64,000 bases of DNA, taken from sequence record NZ_CP090008.1; one strand, written 5' to 3'. This stretch comes from a plasmid. The stretch's first letter is position 1. Every line of letters starts with the position of its first letter. The position numbers and the translations under genes are program-made. Of this stretch, positions 38,120 through 47,306 are shown in pieces. The notes beneath the pieces are model-generated. The model made no database searches, was not told where the DNA came from, and saw only the letters and a list, made by a program, of their open reading frames with translations.

Positions 38120-39533
38120 CTTCTTCTTGATTTAACTCTTCTAGTTCAGCGTCTTTGATTAGTGGACGCTCATTAAACGCTTCATTCATTCTAAAAGGCA
38201 TGTATTTGGCCACACGACCACCTTCGGTTGTGTTTTGACTTCTGATAACAACTAGAGACTTATCAATCCCTTCTTCTGCAGCAAGCTCTAGATTGAGGAA
38301 AATAATGTTATTAAGGTTCTTATAGCCACCATTTTCAATAAGCATATATTTGTCTTCAATTTCTTGAATATCGTCAAAATTATCAACGATAATCAATAGA
38401 TAACGTTTGTTGCCTTCTTCATCTAAACCATCCTCGAAACGTCCAAAGTGTTTAAAGACGTTGAGCAATTTATCAAGATCACTGGTATCACCTACGTTAG
38501 TGATATAAGGATACACATCAAAAAGATTCTTTGCACCGTCATCTTCCTTTTTATTGAGAGCTAACTGACCGATAAAGAGATATCTAGGAACATGGACCGT
38601 ATACGTACGCTCTTTCTTCTTCGCCTTTTTGGCTTGTAATTCTGATTTTCGTTTCTCCATACCAGAAAGAGGACTTGTACTCTCACTCTTTTCTTGTGTC
38701 TTTGTCACTGTATACGTGAACTTCTCCAGTTTTGACGTAGGAACAAAATAGGCATAGTTTTGATTAAATTTAAAGTTCTGATAGGCATCTACGACCTTCC
38801 AGTATCGAATAGGAGAGTAGTTATCTTCTTCCCGAAGGATATCTTTCCATTTATAAGTGAAGTTTCTGCTGATCTTATTTGCTAGTAAGAGTAGCATTGT
38901 TCCATGACTGTAAATAGAGTAACTTGTCGCAAGAGCCCCAGGAGTGTCTTCACGTTCGAACTCCCACTCTTGAATTAAGTAAAACTCTCTGAGCCGTTTG
39001 AGATGCGGTTTGATTTTAGGAATCGGTAAACCAAACTCCCTTGAAATTTGAAGTAGTTGAACATTTCGGAAAGTAGCTATAAATAGTAGGATATCCATAT
39101 CTAACTGGTTTAGTTGCTTACTTATTAACTCGTAATCTGTTTCTTGACTATAGTTGATTTGAATGATGTAATCCTCTTGAAGTTGCAAATGGAAAGGAAA
39201 GTCATTGTTTGGATAAACTTGTTTCAGTAATGGTGTCGAGGCATACTTCTTATAATAGTCGTCCGAAAATCGAGAGACAGTATTCAATGTTGCTTTTCCA
39301 TTGATTGTTCTTACCCCAAAACGACGTAGTCTTTCATTGAATTTTTTAACGAAGTCTTGATAGGCTTCCAGTGCTTCAGCAGAAGGCTTTTCTCCTGTTT
39401 CAGATAATCGAACTGTCCCATCAGGCATGAGAGTGACTTCTTCCCCATTAAATTTTTTCTTCGGATAAAGTGGGAAATTGATTTTCTTAGCAATATTTTG
39501 TAACCATTTTTTATTACCTGGTGTTCTTGTCAT
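38103..39533 (-). CDS. Hypothetical protein (likely starts at ATG 39533 with SD AGAAGGA; track ORF uses upstream TTG)
   Basis: ORF; promoter with GGTGTCACTGGGTT motif upstream. Confidence 0.45.
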   Translation of the reverse strand: MTRTPGNKKWLQNIAKKINFPLYPKKKFNGEEVTLMPDGTVRLSETGEKPSAEALEAYQDFVKKFNERLRRFGVRTINGKATLNTVSRFSDDYYKKYASTPLLKQVYPNNDFPFHLQLQEDYIIQINYSQETDYELISKQLNQLDMDILLFIATFRNVQLLQISREFGLPIPKIKPHLKRLREFYLIQEWEFEREDTPGALATSYSIYSHGTMLLLLANKISRNFTYKWKDILREEDNYSPIRYWKVVDAYQNFKFNQNYAYFVPTSKLEKFTYTVTKTQEKSESTSPLSGMEKRKSELQAKKAKKKERTYTVHVPRYLFIGQLALNKKEDDGAKNLFDVYPYITNVGDTSDLDKLLNVFKHFGRFEDGLDEEGNKRYLLIIVDNFDDIQEIEDKYMLIENGGYKNLNNIIFLNLELAAEEGIDKSLVVIRSQNTTEGGRVAKYMPFRMNEAFNERPLIKDAELEELNQEEGDTDA

Positions 39534-39594
39534 TTGTCTAGTCCTTCTCTTCAATTTTTTGGAACCATTATACTAAACCTCATATACCTTTTTT

Positions 39595-39608
39595 AACCCA
39601 GTGACACC
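39595..39608 (-). promoter_or_regulatory. Motif GGTGTCACTGGGTT (minus strand), 22 nt upstream of TATAAT (copy 3)
   Basis: See copy 1. Confidence 0.5.
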
Positions 39609-40147
39609 CACACACAAATTAGAACTCAAAACCAAGAGCCATATTGATATACTTCTCTAATAATGTATACTTGATAAATTGCAAGAATAAGTGCAACATT
39701 TACTCGAACTCTTCTATTAGGGCTTCACAAGCAGTTCTGTAAGGTAAACATTTTCGTGGTCGGTGATTGATATCATATAACGCCTTGTTCAAAGCCTCAT
39801 CAGAGATAGTCGCTAAATCTGTTTTCTTTGGGAAATTGGCGTACCAAGCCTAAATCTTCCAAGTGTTTCTTTGGGTTGTCGAATTTTTCCTTTATGGCGA
39901 AGGACGCTCAAATCCAGATCAATCAAACCAGCATAGAGCCAGTTATAACAATAAAACTTATTACGATTAAACCTCTACTCCAACCAGAAATCGAGCCTTC
40001 ACTTTGTTAAACATGACTCACTTCTTTATTAGTGAAAGCCACATCATATCAAGATTAGTTTGGAGATTTTATCACTGGAAAAATATGATTAACTACAAAT
40101 TATGGTATACTAATGATAATAAATTGTTATCGGTAGGAGAAGTGAAA

Positions 40148-41131
40148 ATGAACAACCAGTATCTTGAAAATAATTACAAAATTAAGTTAATTAAGACATC
40201 ATCCGATACTGACTATATTGATTCTGTTAAAATTTATTCAAGAGTTACTCCTTCAGACATTAGAACAAACACAAATGAACTAACATATTGGTTAGATAAT
40301 AAAACTGTAGGATTTGAGAGCTACTTTTTTTCTCTCTTCCTAAATGATACAAATATTGGCTTAGCAATGTGTACATACTTAAAGTCCACTAAAACAGTCG
40401 TAATTGAGTATATAGCTGTTGAAGATGCATACAGAAAAAATAATACTTACCTTAGCTATTTAAATGAACTGAGAATGTTTATATCAAGCTTATTAGAGGT
40501 CACATATTTCATTTGTGAAATCAGTAATAAGAATAACGGAGTTGAAGTTGACGATGAGAGTAAAATATTTAAAACTATTCTATCAATAGAGAATTTTTTC
40601 ACTATAGATGCTGATTACCATACACCACCTTTAGGGATTAATAATGAGTTCAGCAGCTTCGAAGCTAAATTAATGATTAATTCAAATACTAACATAAAGA
40701 CGATTCCCAAAGAGACTTATATTAGAGTTATCCGATCTTTATATTTTGAATACTATATAAATTGGTATACACCGTTTTTTAGTGAAAGTGAAAGACTTCG
40801 ATACAATAAGCAAATCCAAAATACTTTTGCTAGTATTCAAAATAAACTTGAAGAGTTACCTGAACCACTGCAGTTTATTGAAGTTAATAAGGATAAAATC
40901 AAAAGTGCAGGTGGCGTTGAAAAGCTACCTGCACCTAAAAAGAAACTAAACAATAATTTAACATCTATATTTATATCAATATTCGTTTTTCCAATTATTG
41001 TCATTGCGTATTATAAAGTATTTAATTTCTTTGGAATTGATACAACTACAAACTTTACCCCAATAATTGGTGGAATTTCTAGCATAATCGTTAGCATACT
41101 CCCATTTTTACTAAAAAAAGATACTGTCTAG
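40148..41131 (+). CDS. Hypothetical protein with possible GNAT-like N-domain and C-terminal TM segment
   Basis: SD GGAGAAG before ATG 40148; weak GNAT-like motif VIEYIAVEDAYRKNN. Confidence 0.35.
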   Translation: MNNQYLENNYKIKLIKTSSDTDYIDSVKIYSRVTPSDIRTNTNELTYWLDNKTVGFESYFFSLFLNDTNIGLAMCTYLKSTKTVVIEYIAVEDAYRKNNTYLSYLNELRMFISSLLEVTYFICEISNKNNGVEVDDESKIFKTILSIENFFTIDADYHTPPLGINNEFSSFEAKLMINSNTNIKTIPKETYIRVIRSLYFEYYINWYTPFFSESERLRYNKQIQNTFASIQNKLEELPEPLQFIEVNKDKIKSAGGVEKLPAPKKKLNNNLTSIFISIFVFPIIVIAYYKVFNFFGIDTTTNFTPIIGGISSIIVSILPFLLKKDTV

Positions 41132-41841
41132 TGAATTTTAGTACATTTCAAAATTATATTGCTAGAACAGTTGCGGATTCCTGGAAAAAATCTAACAATC
41201 TTATCTAGTCCAGTGAACTTTGCTGCAAGATCGTAGTTATTCGTTATTCTAAGGATGATAGAACTTATTATATGGAACTGATATTTGGTATCAATTTGAA
41301 ACCCCTGAGATTTTAATATATTTTCAATATACTTTATCGAAAATATCCAATTACTATGCCTAGTCTTTAAATAATCCGTTTCTATAATTGAAACGGATTT
41401 TTTGTATTTATTACTTCCGAAATACTCAAAACTATCACTAGGTTCAAACTCTAAATACAAAGTTCCTTTAACTTTTAACACACGTTCAAATTCACTGATT
41501 ACTTTGTTAGCATCACAATAATTTATTACAGAACCTACACAAACAATATGATTAAAGTAATTATCTCTCATAGGAATATTCTCAATATTTCCGATAATTT
41601 TGTCAGAAATTCTACATAAGGTTTTCTCAGCTATATCCATATGGATTGTATGACCCGATAAACCATATGTATTGCCCCCAGAACCAGCATTTAGAATAAT
41701 ATCATCATTATTAAAAGAGCAATTATTCTTTAAAAATAATTCAATAGATTTATTTGTATATCGATACCAGTTATCATACCAAATGGCTTCGTGTTCATTA
41801 TAAAACTTTTCTATTTCAACTAAATCTAGCTTTTCATTCAC
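41128..41841 (-). CDS. Class I SAM-dependent methyltransferase
   Basis: Motif I-like LNAGSGGN, Methyltransf_11/23-like size. Confidence 0.55.
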   Translation of the reverse strand: MNEKLDLVEIEKFYNEHEAIWYDNWYRYTNKSIELFLKNNCSFNNDDIILNAGSGGNTYGLSGHTIHMDIAEKTLCRISDKIIGNIENIPMRDNYFNHIVCVGSVINYCDANKVISEFERVLKVKGTLYLEFEPSDSFEYFGSNKYKKSVSIIETDYLKTRHSNWIFSIKYIENILKSQGFQIDTKYQFHIISSIILRITNNYDLAAKFTGLDKIVRFFPGIRNCSSNIILKCTKIH

Positions 41842-41914
41842 TACACTTCTCCTACCGATAACAATTTATTATCACTATACGAAGCACTCAAATAGGTTTA
41901 TAATAGCATGATTA

Positions 41915-42829
41915 TTGATAAAGGAGATTTTTATGGATTATAAACTTATTTCTACTTACTTAGATTATTGCAAAACTCATAAGCGTTTGAGTTCACACAC
42001 GATTCGCGCTTATAAGAATGATCTTATGCAATTTTATAACTCAGACTATGATAATGTCGAATCCTATATAGAACAGTTGACACGATCTAACATAAAAACG
42101 AATACATTAAGAAGAAAAATTGCTTGTATGAAGGTGTTTTATAACTATCTAAAATACCAGAACATAATTGAAGAGAATCCCTTCAATCAATTGCACTTTC
42201 AATTTAGAACTGAAAAAGTATTGCCTAAAACGATTCCGTATGACATTCTGAAAAGCATTTTTATATATTTAGAACGGAAAGTAATTGTATCTAAAACTGA
42301 CTATCAAAAACAACACGCTGAAAGAAATCTACTAATTATTTCCCTTTTACTTTCAACAGGTATCAGAATTTCTGAACTTTGTCACATTCACCTCAAAGAT
42401 ATTAATCTTTCCAATAAGACACTCCATATTATAGGAAAAGGTAAGAAAGAGCGTATCCTATTTTTAGGAGATCAAACAACCTTCAATTTATTAGAAACAT
42501 ATATAAATAAAAACGGAAAGGAATCTAATGATTTCCTATTCCCAGGGAAACATTCGCCTAAACCATTGTCAGAGCAAAGTGTACGTTTAATTTTAAAGAG
42601 AATCGTTGAACAAAATAGCTTATCTAAAACTATTACACCACATATGTTTAGACATAGCTTTGCAACAATGCTTCTAGATAATGATGTAGATATTCGATAC
42701 ATTCAACAAATTCTTGGACACAGTTCTATATCAGTCACACAAATCTATACTCACGTATCTCATTCAAAACAAAAAGAAATACTTAGTTCTTTTAATCCTA
42801 TGTCAGTGATTCATTCTGAAATCGAGTAA
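41915..42829 (+). CDS. Tyrosine recombinase (XerC/D-like integrase)
   Basis: HMFRHSFATMLLDN…LGHSSISVTQIYTHV. Confidence 0.85.
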   Translation: MIKEIFMDYKLISTYLDYCKTHKRLSSHTIRAYKNDLMQFYNSDYDNVESYIEQLTRSNIKTNTLRRKIACMKVFYNYLKYQNIIEENPFNQLHFQFRTEKVLPKTIPYDILKSIFIYLERKVIVSKTDYQKQHAERNLLIISLLLSTGIRISELCHIHLKDINLSNKTLHIIGKGKKERILFLGDQTTFNLLETYINKNGKESNDFLFPGKHSPKPLSEQSVRLILKRIVEQNSLSKTITPHMFRHSFATMLLDNDVDIRYIQQILGHSSISVTQIYTHVSHSKQKEILSSFNPMSVIHSEIE

Positions 42830-43175
42830 GAGACATTCCAGGAGGTTACAGTTTACTTCATCTTAAATTAATGTTTGTAGTTCGACTTCAGTTAATAGAT
42901 TTTATACTCAACAAAAGCAAAAATCATACAAAACTCCACTTTGAATCAGCAGTTATACTAGATTCCGTATTAAGAACTCCATAATTGTTTTTCTAAAATA
43001 TAACTTTCAAATATCCTTAAATATTGATGAGGAAAAACTCAAGCTCTGAAGAAAATGGAGTAAATCTTCCTACAAGAAAACGCATAGTATCAAGTTTCAA
43101 TACCTAATACTATGCGTTTTTCTGATTTTAAAGACTTTTTTTATCCTAAATAGACTATATTTTAAAATTCGTGTT

Positions 43176-43946
43176 CTAACCACCATTTCGATTGGTTAAA
43201 TCTTTCAATCTTTCTTCCCCAGATTTAAGCATCTCTTTCTCAACTTGATTCCATTCTCCAAATAGTAAATCATGAAGAACGGTTGCTGCTGAAGTTGTAT
43301 TTTCTTTTGAATCATATACACAACTTCTATCTCGTTGATAAATTTGAATTCTTTCAAAGATAGATAGTTCTTCCAATTGTCGTGTATTATCAACTAGATG
43401 ATTTACAATGAAATCATGATGTTCTTTTGGAGTTGCGCGTGCTTGATTTGGATTGATAGCGTACAGTTCTTCGTATCGGATAAGGGTGCTTAGATAGGAC
43501 AATTCGGGCTTTGTTGCGATTATGGCTAATTGTACTTCATATCCCTTATTTTTCAAGAGTTGTGCCGTTTTCTTTGGAATATCAACTGTTCGTAGAGTTC
43601 CCTCTATCAAAAGATTGTATCCCAAACTACTCAATTTTGTTACTAAAGACTCTACCATTTTCCCTGCAAAATCTTTGGTGTATTCAACGCTATCTTTGCC
43701 ATATTCTTGCTGAAGTTCTAAATAGTGTGGATGCTGAGAGCGAAAACTATCGCCATCTATGATAACAATATTTCCTTGAAATTCTTTCTGTTTAATACGA
43801 TGAATTGTAGTCTTGCCAGCACCACTTTGCCCTCCAAGCAAAATCGCTATAGGTTGCTTACTGGACTTTTTTCCTCTTGTCAGAGAACGAAGATTCCGTG
43901 CTAAAGCATGTTTGAATTCGCTATCAGTATAATCTTGGATTTCCAT
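43176..43946 (-). CDS. pezT: Zeta/PezT toxin (UDP-GlcNAc kinase)
   Basis: GGQSGAGKTT Walker A, IIDGDSFRSQHPHY; near-identical in my recollection to pneumococcal PezT. Confidence 0.85.
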   Translation of the reverse strand: MEIQDYTDSEFKHALARNLRSLTRGKKSSKQPIAILLGGQSGAGKTTIHRIKQKEFQGNIVIIDGDSFRSQHPHYLELQQEYGKDSVEYTKDFAGKMVESLVTKLSSLGYNLLIEGTLRTVDIPKKTAQLLKNKGYEVQLAIIATKPELSYLSTLIRYEELYAINPNQARATPKEHHDFIVNHLVDNTRQLEELSIFERIQIYQRDRSCVYDSKENTTSAATVLHDLLFGEWNQVEKEMLKSGEERLKDLTNRNGG

Positions 43947-44422
43947 TAGGCTACCATCCGTTTTTCAGATATCTCTAACATGCGTTCAATTCCATCCAAA
44001 TAGCCGCTATATCTCTCTATTTCATCAAAAGTTTCTACTAAATAGATATTCGTATGAATCAAGTCAGATAGATCATCACTCATTAAAATCCAAGGATTAG
44101 ATTCTTCATCAATGCTAATTCCCTGTCTATCTTGATAACGATAGAGTCGAGATAGTAGATTAGCACCCCTTTCTTTCACAATTTCAATTTTTAAAGTCAA
44201 TTCATAATCTTCAACAGGATTGAGCATTTTGTCTTCTCCTACAATATCGACATAAGATACATTAAATTTCTGACAAATGATGTCTATTAATTCGGTTGAG
44301 ACTGAACTCGTTCCATTTTCATAACGACTCAGACTATTTCGTGAAATACCTACAATCCGTGCAAATTCGGGTTGTGTTAAGTCATGTGTTTTACGTAAGG
44401 ATTTTATGTTCTTTCCAATCAT
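43946..44422 (-). CDS. pezA: PezA antitoxin (HTH-XRE + epsilon-like domain), 158 aa
   Basis: N-terminal HTH; overlaps pezT start by 1 nt. Confidence 0.8.
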   Translation of the reverse strand: MIGKNIKSLRKTHDLTQPEFARIVGISRNSLSRYENGTSSVSTELIDIICQKFNVSYVDIVGEDKMLNPVEDYELTLKIEIVKERGANLLSRLYRYQDRQGISIDEESNPWILMSDDLSDLIHTNIYLVETFDEIERYSGYLDGIERMLEISEKRMVA

Positions 44423-44468
44423 GGCAAACTCCTTTATTTTTATAATTCAATTATAGCATAAAAAAGCA

Positions 44469-44762
44469 TTACGCACCAATTTTGGTGCGTAATTGGCTTT
44501 TTTTCTTAAATCTCTCTAGATTCTTCTCCAATTGTTCCTTATGAAGTTGATTCTTAGCTTCCTTTAATGTGTCGTCCAGAGTTTCTTCTCTGTAAGTTGA
44601 TTCTGTTTTTATTTGTTCTGATTCTTGTTCTGGAGTGAAAATGATATCTAACAGTCTGTCAATTTTTTCAAGATTTTGGACGGGCATATCAGATAGTCTA
44701 TGAATTAGCTTCTTGAATATATCACTATTGTCTTGATTCTTCTTAAAAAATGTTGTAAACAT
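44469..44762 (-). CDS. Hypothetical small protein
   Basis: ORF. Confidence 0.4.
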   Translation of the reverse strand: MFTTFFKKNQDNSDIFKKLIHRLSDMPVQNLEKIDRLLDIIFTPEQESEQIKTESTYREETLDDTLKEAKNQLHKEQLEKNLERFKKKSQLRTKIGA

Positions 44763-44799
44763 CTATAACCTCTCAAAAAAAGCAGTCTCTTTGGACTGC

Positions 44800-45183
44800 T
44801 CAGTGTAATTCTGAAATCGCATCATAAATTGACTGTAATTTCTTATTATCTTTATTCTTTGTGTCAATCAAAGTATGTAGCTCTTCAATTTTCTTTTGAC
44901 TACTTTGAATATCGCTATTATTATCTGCAATAAGTCTTTTAAGATGTTGCTGATAACTGGTAGTGATATCTGTCTCTTTTCCTGTTCTAACCTCTGTAAC
45001 TTTGGGTTTAGAACTAAAATTTGATTCCGTCACAGGTGCTTGTTTGCGCTTTTGAAAAGCTGCTTCATAATTTACATCATTACCCCCTTGATGATTTCCA
45101 AATAAGGCCGCAATTTTATCTGGATCTTCTTGATTTTCTGATTTACTTTCTAATGGTTGATTAAAATTCCAATCTTTTGTCAT
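44800..45183 (-). CDS. Hypothetical protein
   Basis: ORF. Confidence 0.4.
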   Translation of the reverse strand: MTKDWNFNQPLESKSENQEDPDKIAALFGNHQGGNDVNYEAAFQKRKQAPVTESNFSSKPKVTEVRTGKETDITTSYQQHLKRLIADNNSDIQSSQKKIEELHTLIDTKNKDNKKLQSIYDAISELH

Positions 45184-45413
45184 TCACTCATTTCATCCTT
45201 TCTAAATTCAGAATCATCGAATTGTCTTTCTTTACCAAAGGCATGGTCAAGAGCTTCTTCAAAACTCATGTGACTGATGCTTTGACGCCTTTTGAACGTC
45301 GCAAACATCGCTGTCTCCAGTTGTTCTTTGTAAGCAGCTAGTTTTTCTGTCTCTCTTGCTACCTTGCTTTCTTGCCTAGTGACCTTTTCTTCTAAGCGTT
45401 TGATTATGGTCAT
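45180..45413 (-). CDS. Hypothetical small protein
   Basis: ORF, overlapping stop/start. Confidence 0.4.
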   Translation of the reverse strand: MTIIKRLEEKVTRQESKVARETEKLAAYKEQLETAMFATFKRRQSISHMSFEEALDHAFGKERQFDDSEFRKDEMSE

Positions 45414-45463
45414 ATATGATCCTCCTTCATTCTGATATTAGCTAAAACATCTTGATTTTGTTA

Positions 45464-46549
45464 TCACAATTCTAAACATTGAGAGGTTTGTCTTACTGGT
45501 GGATTTCCAAAAGTCTCTTTCACAGTCTCAAGCATAAATTGTAAATCTGATTTCTTTTCACTAAGAATATCGTTCCAGTCTATTTTTTCTTTCCTAGACT
45601 CATTATTAGGTAAATCCAGTAAAACAGGCAATCCTGATTGAGATAACTTATCAGAAAAAGCTTTTCCTGCATCATCACAATCTACCGCCAATATCAGTAA
45701 AACAGGATGATTATCAAAATAGGTAGTGGTATCACGAATTGTATTGAACAAAGGCAATAACTTTGAAGGTGTTACTGTATCTAAGAATTCCAACTTCTGA
45801 TTTTCTTCAGCTATCAGTCGTAAAGTTTGATAAGCCACAACAGACCTTTTTAATCCCTCCATAGATACCAAACGAACATCTGATAAACTTTGTTTGTGCA
45901 GCTCGTAATAACTCATTAAGTCGATGAACGATTCACAAAAGACCAGTCTATTTGGTTTACCAATGTCAAAGGAGATTCCAACATGTCCATGGCTTCCTTT
46001 TAGAATTGTTTTTAACCTCTCTCTAGGAAGAGAGTGATTCTTATAAATACCTTGTAAGCTTGCTGCCTGCAGCTTGTGACGATGATCAAAGCTTTTAAAA
46101 ACAATAACAGGTTCAACAGTTTCATTTGTTTTCCAACTGGCTTGTGCCATCAAACCTTCTTGTATCATCTTTTCTATGATTTCTTCTGAGATTCCTCTAC
46201 ATTTTGTTAAGTAATATCTTGCCAGACTACAGTTAGAATCTTCTACTCTCTTTAAAGGATAATAAAATAGTCTCTCTCTTTTTTCTTGAACAGCTTCTTT
46301 TTGAAAAGGTTCTTCAGAAAGAAAAGCTAGAGCTTCTTTAAAAGAAATTCCCTTAACAAGTCGAACAAAATCAATGACATCACCTTGAATATCTCTTGAA
46401 AACCATTTAAAAGTATTGGTAGTTGAAAAAATCCGAAATGAATCATGTTCAGGATGTTCATAGACACTGCTAGAAACTTGTTTAAAGGAGATACCTAAAC
46501 GACTTGCTACATCAAGAATTGAAATTTGCTTACATTCTTCTATTTCCAT
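45464..46549 (-). CDS. DnaG-like primase (CHC2-like N-terminus with degenerate Zn finger + Toprim domain)
   Basis: ISILDVASRLGI… but Cys ligands replaced (EHPEHDSF / WFSRDIQGDVIDF); Toprim E…DxD: LVFCESFIDL… AVDCDDAG. Confidence 0.6.
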   Translation of the reverse strand: MEIEECKQISILDVASRLGISFKQVSSSVYEHPEHDSFRIFSTTNTFKWFSRDIQGDVIDFVRLVKGISFKEALAFLSEEPFQKEAVQEKRERLFYYPLKRVEDSNCSLARYYLTKCRGISEEIIEKMIQEGLMAQASWKTNETVEPVIVFKSFDHRHKLQAASLQGIYKNHSLPRERLKTILKGSHGHVGISFDIGKPNRLVFCESFIDLMSYYELHKQSLSDVRLVSMEGLKRSVVAYQTLRLIAEENQKLEFLDTVTPSKLLPLFNTIRDTTTYFDNHPVLLILAVDCDDAGKAFSDKLSQSGLPVLLDLPNNESRKEKIDWNDILSEKKSDLQFMLETVKETFGNPPVRQTSQCLEL

Positions 46550-46558
46550 GCAATATCA

Positions 46559-47195
46559 TCATTTTGTCGTAGTATTTGGCAGTGATGGTATTGAGGATGA
46601 TTCTTCTAAAGTTTTAGGAGTGGCCTTATCTAAATCATCCAACCCAGATTTCCAAACCTGTACTTGATTGACCAATAACTTACCTGGTAGTTTCGAATAA
46701 GACAACTTAACCGTTCTGGTTTCTGTCTGATTGGTCTTTGATTGGTTGGCATTCTTTAAATCAGATACATAGGTTACATTATAAGAGACCATGGCAATGG
46801 CTTGATTCGTAGTCTGATTGACAAAGATATCAGCTTTTTCAAAATGATAATCCAAAATCCTTATACACTTGGTTCATGGCATCATTTTGACTTGTCAATT
46901 CTTGAGAATAAGCCGATTCAGTCATATAAGGTTGAATACGTGTATTATTTTCTCCGAGCTTTTCTTTCGTATAGTACTGAGTCAAAAATTCTTTTACAGT
47001 ATCCGATGACAAAATACTTGCTTTATCTTCTGCTTGTTTGTCCTCTACAAGTTTAGCTGCAGCCAATTCGATTTCTTTGCGACTTTGTTTAGCAGTAGAA
47101 TGTTGACCAGCAGTATATCCCATCATGAGAATAAAACTAGTTGCAGCCACTGCTCCAACACTAATTAAGGCTTTAGTTTTGAGTTTATTTAACAT
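46559..47195 (-). pseudogene. Membrane-anchored hypothetical protein split into two overlapping ORFs (118 aa + 98 aa) by frameshift
   Basis: Adjacent ORFs overlap 46839-46855 in different frames. Confidence 0.4.
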
Positions 47196-47306
47196 CTTAG
47201 ACCTTCTTTCTAAAAAAACTAGGTCAAGAATAGCAGATAAATCTTGAAAAAAGTATCACAGAGCCGTAAAAATGCCACCCGAAGGTGGCCAATATAACTT
47301 ACAAAA

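Noticed and set aside
40004-40147. Upstream extension of the GNAT-like ORF (track start 40004)
   Set aside because: There is no SD at 40004, whereas ATG 40148 has GGAGAAG at optimal spacing; the N-terminal extension is probably not translated.
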